Shown here: positions 58,991 through 64,000 of the stretch, piece by piece
Layout of the letters: each line of letters begins with the position of its first letter
Position numbering within the stretch: position 1 is the stretch's first letter
Source of the DNA: Candidatus Aenigmatarchaeota archaeon
GTDB taxonomy: Archaea; Aenigmatarchaeota; Aenigmatarchaeia; QMZP01
Assembly: GCA_016185435.1 (NCBI GenBank)
Contig: JACPNN010000013.1
Coordinates: 3,396 to 67,395, forward strand
Direction of reading: 5' to 3'
Length of the DNA stretch: 64,000 nt
Notes under the pieces: generated by a model
Database searches by the model: none
What the model was told of the DNA's origin: nothing
What the model saw: only the letters and a program-made list of their open reading frames with translations
Translations under genes and position numbers: made by a program

Positions 58991-59434
58991 TCAGCCCTTC
59001 ACCGCAAGCTCCTCCAGCGGCCTTCTTGAGACCGAGCCTGAGCTCAAAGGGTGCCAGTGGCTTATCCCTGTTTCTCCCCGCTTCCAGCAGAGGAAGACGA
59101 GCTCACCGCTCCTGTCGTAATAGAAGTCCACAAGGCCTTTGTCGAGGTCTTTGACTATGCATCCATGGCTGCTGATGGCCCCTATCTCTGCCTTGATTGA
59201 AAGGGCTGCAGCCTGCTTCTTTTCCATGCTCTGCCTGTACAGCTTATTGTCGATGTTTGCCTCCTGAAGAAGCTCCTCGCCCCATATCTCGTAAAGAGTC
59301 TCCATGTCCCTGTCGAGCTGCTTCATCCTCATCTTGAGGCCTGCTATCTTGTGAAGGGCGGCCTCGAGAAAAGGGAGGAGCCTGTTGGCCTCTTCAACCG
59401 TGAACGTCCTCACAAAGCCTTTCTGGCTGTCCAT
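58991..59434 (-). CDS. DUF2203 family protein
   Basis: FTVEEANRLLP, VKDLDKGLVDF and LCWKRGE. Confidence 0.88.
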   Translation of the reverse strand: MDSQKGFVRTFTVEEANRLLPFLEAALHKIAGLKMRMKQLDRDMETLYEIWGEELLQEANIDNKLYRQSMEKKQAAALSIKAEIGAISSHGCIVKDLDKGLVDFYYDRSGELVFLCWKRGETGISHWHPLSSGSVSRRPLEELAVKG

Positions 59435-59572
59435 ACTGATATATATGGCTGCGAACTTTTATATTGGTTTTTGGCGCAGGCCTGCCGCCAAGGAAGATGC
59501 CAGTTTTCATATAACATGAAAAACAGCATACAGGATCTTTAATGCGCACATGAAATCATAATATAGCGGCCC

Positions 59573-59962
59573 TCATTCGACAGCCCTGCTGAACTTCTTT
59601 TTCAGGTCGAAATAGCACTCCACATGCGGGTATTCGAGCATTTCCCTGATGAAGGCCTTTCCTGTCGTGGCTTCCTTTTTATCAATCGGGATTGCCTTTG
59701 CCCTGATATTGTTCCCGACAAGGGTGTCTATTATGGAAGGGTGGGCAGGCATGCCGGAAGGCATAAATCTTTTGCAGCCCTTTGTTCCGTTGATATCGTA
59801 GCTGCCGGCCATGGGAGATATTTTCCTGTAGCGCCCTTCTGCTGTCGCCCTCAGGCCGCAGCCATAGCGTACTCCGCCTTCCCTATTCATGCCTATGGCC
59901 TGATGCCTGCAGAAGTCAGGCAAGATTCTTAACCTTTCCAGGAGGAAATCAGCGCCTTCCAA
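59573..59962 (-). CDS. Hypothetical Cys-containing protein
   Basis: ORF divergent from the ATPase genes; start uncertain. Confidence 0.5.
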   Translation of the reverse strand: MEGADFLLERLRILPDFCRHQAIGMNREGGVRYGCGLRATAEGRYRKISPMAGSYDINGTKGCKRFMPSGMPAHPSIIDTLVGNNIRAKAIPIDKKEATTGKAFIREMLEYPHVECYFDLKKKFSRAVE

Positions 59963-60003
59963 TAAATTTAAACCATCCCCGGCAATAATTATACCTGACG
60001 GGT

Positions 60004-60345
60004 ATGGAAAAGGAGAAGGTTTTGATTGCGATAAAGGAGGCTGAGGAAAAGGCCAGGAAGAACGTGGCCGGCGCCGAGACCAGGAAAGCTTCCATTGTCA
60101 GCGATGCAGTTGAAAAGTCAATTGAGAGGGAGAAGGCCGAGACAGAATCGTATGTGAAGCAGCTTGCCATGAAAGAGCAGAAGGAAAAGGAGGCGATAAA
60201 AGAGAGCGCCAGGGATATAATCGAAAAGGGCAGGAGAGAGGCTGACAGCTTCTCCAGGCTTGCGAAAAGGAACTGGGCTTCATCACTCAGCCAGCTCGGG
60301 AAGGAATTTGAGGCGTTTTTGAGGCAGATCGCCAGGGAAGGCTGA
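60004..60345 (+). CDS. A/V-type ATPase subunit H/G (peripheral stalk)
   Basis: Charged coiled coil IKEAEEKA directly upstream of subunit I. Confidence 0.75.
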   Translation: MEKEKVLIAIKEAEEKARKNVAGAETRKASIVSDAVEKSIEREKAETESYVKQLAMKEQKEKEAIKESARDIIEKGRREADSFSRLAKRNWASSLSQLGKEFEAFLRQIAREG

Positions 60346-60350
60346 TTTCT

Positions 60351-62162
60351 ATGTTCTACCCCGAAGAGATGCAGAAAGCTTTTATCGCCGTGCACAAGTC
60401 CAGACAGAAACAGGTGATAGAGGAGCTTTACAGGCTCAGGGCAGTGCACGTGAAAGAGCATGAGTCAACAGATGGTTTCCCTATAGGCTTCCCTCTGGAG
60501 GGCGCCGAAGAGCTTTCTGAGCTGCTCCTGAGGCTGAAATCCATAAGGGCGGCCCTTGGCATAGGCGGCCAGAAGGCAGGCGCAGAAGGCATCAGCATAC
60601 AGCAGGTAAAGGATCTGGAAAAGGGCCTTTCGGCAAGATTGGGCCCTCTCCTGGAAGAGCTGAAATCGCTGTCTGACAGCCTTTCTGCTGAGCAGTCGAA
60701 GCTTGAGTCGCTGAATTTTCTGCGCAGAGCCGGTATAAAGCGGCTTGACGTGCTGCGCGAGTATGAGGGGCTTGAAATAATATCAGGATATGCGAGGATT
60801 TCTGAATTGAAGGCCAGGGATTGCATAGCCTTCATTGAGAAGGTGGGAAAAGAGAAGGCCTTTGTCCTTTTTGCAAAAAAAAAGGAATCGGGCAGAATAA
60901 AGGAAAGGCTGGCAAAAGCAGGCTTTGCGGAATTCAGGCCGAATCTGGATGCGAGGGGGCAGGTTTCAGAAGAGATAGTTAAGCAGGAAGAGATCATATC
61001 CAGGCTGCTGGAAAAAAAGAGCGAATTGGAAAAAAAGCTTGCCGGGATGCGCGGGGAATATCAGGATAGGGTTTCAGATTCGGTCTTCTGGCTCGGGGAA
61101 AGGCTGAAGATAGCTGAACTGCCGCTTAAACTGGGGGCAAGCTCAAGCGTCGTGCTCATTTCAGGATGGATACCCAGGAAAAGCCATGAGGCGGTGTCAA
61201 AGGCTTTGCGAAAGGCTGCCCCGAACTCCTATATCCGTTTTGAGGAAACTGATGACGCGCCTACGAAGATGGACAATCCCGTTCTGGTAAGGCCTTTTGA
61301 GTTCTTCGTGAACCTCTATTCAACTCCGGCCTACAGGGAGATCGACCCCAGCTTCCTGATTTTCCTCACCTTCCCCCTCTTCTACGGCATGATACTGGGG
61401 GACATAGGGTACGGCCTGATTGTCCTTCTCCTGGCCCTCGGGATAAGGCTCGGCACGGGCAAGGCAAGGCCCATAGCTGACGTGACCATACTTTCAGCCC
61501 TTGTGGCCATAGCCTTTGGCTTCCTGTTCGGAGAGTTCTTCGGCCATGAAGAGGTCTTTGGTTACCCGCTTGAGCCCGTCATAAGCAGGGTTCATGATCT
61601 GAACAGCGTATTGCTGCTTTCTGTGGTGATAGGCCTTGCGCACCTGAGCCTTGGCTACATATTTGCCATAAAAAATGAGATAGGGCATAACTGGAAGCAC
61701 GCGATTTTCGGAAAGACAGGATGGCTGCTGGTTGAAGTCGCTTTCGCTTTCCTGCTGTTTGACCTTCTGTTCAAAATAAGGTTCCTTGACACAATGGCTT
61801 CCTTTGGGATACTTGCCATGGGGGCACTACTTGTCGCTTTAGGGGAAGGCGTGATGTACCTGATTGAAATTCCTTCTCTTCTCTCCAATATCGTCTCGTA
61901 CACACGATTGGCTGCCTTCGGCCTCGCAGGCACGAGCATAGCCATAGTCGTGAATACGACTGCCGGCCAGATGTTCGAGAGCGGGGGATTTATGACCGTA
62001 GCGGGCATATTAGTCCTTGTTGTAGGCCACGCATTCAATCTGGCTCTGGCCATGCTGGACTCCTTCCTCCAGTCGCTCCGACTGCACTATGTGGAGATGT
62101 TCTCCAAGTTCTATAAGGGGGCCGGGAAGGCTTACAGGCCGTTTGGCGGGGGGCAGGGCTGA
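60351..62162 (+). CDS. atpI: A/V-type ATPase subunit I
   Basis: PAYREIDP, GMILGDIGYG, VSYTRL and LRLHYVEMFSKFY. Confidence 0.95.
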   Translation: MFYPEEMQKAFIAVHKSRQKQVIEELYRLRAVHVKEHESTDGFPIGFPLEGAEELSELLLRLKSIRAALGIGGQKAGAEGISIQQVKDLEKGLSARLGPLLEELKSLSDSLSAEQSKLESLNFLRRAGIKRLDVLREYEGLEIISGYARISELKARDCIAFIEKVGKEKAFVLFAKKKESGRIKERLAKAGFAEFRPNLDARGQVSEEIVKQEEIISRLLEKKSELEKKLAGMRGEYQDRVSDSVFWLGERLKIAELPLKLGASSSVVLISGWIPRKSHEAVSKALRKAAPNSYIRFEETDDAPTKMDNPVLVRPFEFFVNLYSTPAYREIDPSFLIFLTFPLFYGMILGDIGYGLIVLLLALGIRLGTGKARPIADVTILSALVAIAFGFLFGEFFGHEEVFGYPLEPVISRVHDLNSVLLLSVVIGLAHLSLGYIFAIKNEIGHNWKHAIFGKTGWLLVEVAFAFLLFDLLFKIRFLDTMASFGILAMGALLVALGEGVMYLIEIPSLLSNIVSYTRLAAFGLAGTSIAIVVNTTAGQMFESGGFMTVAGILVLVVGHAFNLALAMLDSFLQSLRLHYVEMFSKFYKGAGKAYRPFGGGQG

Positions 62163-62163
62163 C

Positions 62164-62493
62164 TTATTTCAGCTTCAGGAGGTTCCTGAGAATTTCGTCA
62201 ATCTTCTCCATAATTTTCGGCTCCAGTTTGCCTATCCTGGTTTTCAGCCTTGCCTTGTCAATCGCCCTTATCTGGAACACGAGAGCGACAGATTCATCGC
62301 TCAATCCATTTGCAGGAGATGGAGATAAAGTAAGGGTATAGCCAAACCTCAAAGCCTGAAGGTTTGATGTGACCGGTATGACTATGCATATTGAAGTCTG
62401 GGTGTCTGAAATCAAAATTGCGGGTCTTGTGCCAATCTGTTCATGGCCCGAAGTTTCTGCCAAGTTTACTATCCAGATTTCCCCTTTTTCCAT
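62164..62493 (-). CDS. mazF: MazF/PemK-family toxin
   Basis: KGEIWIVNL, GHEQIGTRPAILIS, PVTS and QIRAIDKARL. Confidence 0.92.
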   Translation of the reverse strand: MEKGEIWIVNLAETSGHEQIGTRPAILISDTQTSICIVIPVTSNLQALRFGYTLTLSPSPANGLSDESVALVFQIRAIDKARLKTRIGKLEPKIMEKIDEILRNLLKLK

Positions 62494-62702
62494 AACTGGC
62501 TCTCAAAATTTGCCCAGGCCTCATCGCTGAGATTCTCCCAGGCCTGCAGTTCAAGCTTCAAACTCAAATTCTTGCTTATTGTGTCCAGATAGAACAGGAG
62601 GGCTTGGTTTACCACTTCATTTTCATTCAGGCCCAAAGCATGCGCAGCTTCTCCTACCTTTTTCTCGACTTCCTGTGAAAGTTTCACTTGCATGGCATTC
62701 AC
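62469..62702 (-). CDS. Cognate antitoxin (RHH-like)
   Basis: Overlaps the mazF start; WENLSDEAW tail. Confidence 0.75.
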   Translation of the reverse strand: MNAMQVKLSQEVEKKVGEAAHALGLNENEVVNQALLFYLDTISKNLSLKLELQAWENLSDEAWANFESQLWKKGKSG

Positions 62703-62774
62703 CTGCTAATAATTGTTTGCCTCCCGCTTTAAATATGCCGATGTATATCTTTTCAATGCCTGTCAAGTCATCCA

Positions 62775-62834
62775 ATGTTCTCCAAGTTCTACAGGGGGGC
62801 CGGGAAGGCTTACAGGCCGTTTGGCGGGGAATAA
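62775..62834 (+). repeat. Duplicated 3' end of atpI (copy of 62097-62153, with its own stop)
   Basis: Encodes MFSKFYRGAGKAYRPFGGE* versus MFSKFYKGAGKAYRPFGGGQG* in the gene. Confidence 0.93.
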
Positions 62835-62937
62835 AAGGGCTGCATCTTCTGCATTAAGGCAAAAATCACTATCATGCCGTCATAAGATTCGGGATTGGCA
62901 GGCCAAAGCATATATTTCTTGCCTCCAATGCTTGTCT

Positions 62938-63243
62938 ATGACAGTGGCATACAGAGTCGGCGACGGCAGCTCCAAGGGCGACGGCTTTGCCCTGACAAGA
63001 GGGGAGATACCTGAGGGCGAGAGGGAAGAGTTCCTAAGGCAGTATTTCAGGGGGGAGGAAGGGAAGCTGTATTCCGAATATAACTGGGGCTCCGGATACC
63101 AATGGGATACAGGCACAATGGACAGAATCCCGTTGACGCCAGCATGGAATACCGTCCTCCGATATGGGCCAGTGACAGAAGCCGAAGTTAATGCCCTGAA
63201 GAAATTCCAGTGCCATGTGAGGGACATGACAGAAAGATGGTAA
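62938..63243 (+). CDS. Hypothetical protein
   Basis: Start MTVAYRV with TATA-like element upstream. Confidence 0.55.
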   Translation: MTVAYRVGDGSSKGDGFALTRGEIPEGEREEFLRQYFRGEEGKLYSEYNWGSGYQWDTGTMDRIPLTPAWNTVLRYGPVTEAEVNALKKFQCHVRDMTERW

Positions 63244-63592
63244 AGCAGAGCCGCGGCTGTCATGTATATGCGTACGACTTTCGAAAATTCATCTCCCATC
63301 ATGCATGGCCATCAGTTTCAGGCTGCGTCTTTTGCGTCATCTACCCCTGGAAACAAATAAAAGCATCGGCATGCAGAATATTCTGTGAAATCCCATCGCT
63401 ATTTTTTTGTTATACGGCAGCCAAATCTCTGCCGCTTTATTGGCGTTCTGGTGCTGCAAAGCTGTCAGGAGAAAAACGACGCCAGGAAAGGTACTGAAAT
63501 TTATTTCAGTAAAACAAAAAAGGTCCGGTCAGGAGACTGCAGCCATGTGCATCTCTACCTGCTCATAGCTGCAGTCCTGCCGGGCCCCACCT

Positions 63593-63817
63593 TCAGCCAT
63601 TTTCCTTCTTCTTCTTTCTCCCTTCGGGCGGAAACTTGACGTGAAGATACCAGCCAGATAGAGTAAAGGACAAGAGGATGGCAATAGCCCATGCTAGGAA
63701 TATGCCATACTTTGTTGCTTTCCCGAAAGCTGGATTGATTCCGACGCCAAGGGTTAGAATCAATCCGAGACCCAAAAGAACCGCCAGAAAGCTTAATAAA
63801 GCTGCTGGTTTTGTCAT
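63593..63817 (-). CDS. Small two-TM membrane protein downstream of ATPase subunit K
   Basis: GGAGGAG SD, two hydrophobic helices and a basic tail. Confidence 0.7.
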   Translation of the reverse strand: MTKPAALLSFLAVLLGLGLILTLGVGINPAFGKATKYGIFLAWAIAILLSFTLSGWYLHVKFPPEGRKKKKENG

Positions 63818-63844
63818 TGTCTCCTCCTTTGCACTCCTTTGCAG

Positions 63845-64000
63845 CTACATGAGAAAGACCAACACAAAACCCAGGATGACGAGAGTCTCGGGTATCGTCA
63901 ACACTATCAATCCCGGCCCCAGGTTCTTTTCGTTTTCGGCAATTGCACCAATCAGAGCCGCCCCGATCTTACTTTGGGCATGCCCGGTTCCGAGGGCCCC
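63845..64000 (-). CDS. atpK: A/V-type ATPase proteolipid subunit K/c (partial)
   Basis: Manual translation GALGTGHAQSKIGAALIGAIAENEKNLGPGLIVLTIPETLVILGFVLVFLM*. Confidence 0.88.
   Translation of the reverse strand, partial: GALGTGHAQSKIGAALIGAIAENEKNLGPGLIVLTIPETLVILGFVLVFLM

Noticed and set aside
59470-59495. Imperfect palindrome ttggcgcaggcctgccgccaa
   Set aside because: Single short intergenic hairpin with no other copies noticed; function cannot be assigned
31945-62911. Shared caggccaaagcat at about 31945 and 62898
   Set aside because: Short, lies next to TATA-like sequence in both places, and most likely reflects promoter context or chance
491-63639. Numerous antisense and nested ORFs in the track
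   Set aside because: Shadow frames of well-supported genes with no independent motifs

Overview
Gene-dense archaeal chromosome segment. The gene set, short intergenic spacers and BHB tRNA introns suggest a DPANN-type genome (inference). Housekeeping genes: TrmB regulator, ATP-dependent DNA ligase, hisS, ileS, gatC, FEN1, Nre, RNase HII, Mre11, RNase P p30, pepA, pcm, nadM, deoxyhypusine-synthase-like plus agmatinase, H+-PPase, and A/V-ATPase subunits H, I and a partial K. There are two tRNAs: tRNA-His and an initiator tRNA-Met with two introns. Many 1-3 gene accessory inserts sit between these genes. The strongest unexplained pattern occurs four times (after a caspase-fold gene, nre, ileS and atpI): a 0.6-1.4 kb cargo lies between the gene's 3' end and a second, slightly diverged copy of that same 3' end, with no integrase or transposase in the window. 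Other candidates: (1) a class-Ic-aaRS/CDPS-like gene plus an amino-acid racemase between tRNA-His and hisS, with an AbrB-like ORF running through the tRNA; (2) a DUF3800-like gene flanked by structured non-coding DNA; (3) a caspase-fold protein with two small partner proteins; (4) an RNA ligase with an in-frame hairpin insertion. All calls come from reading motifs by eye; no searches were run.
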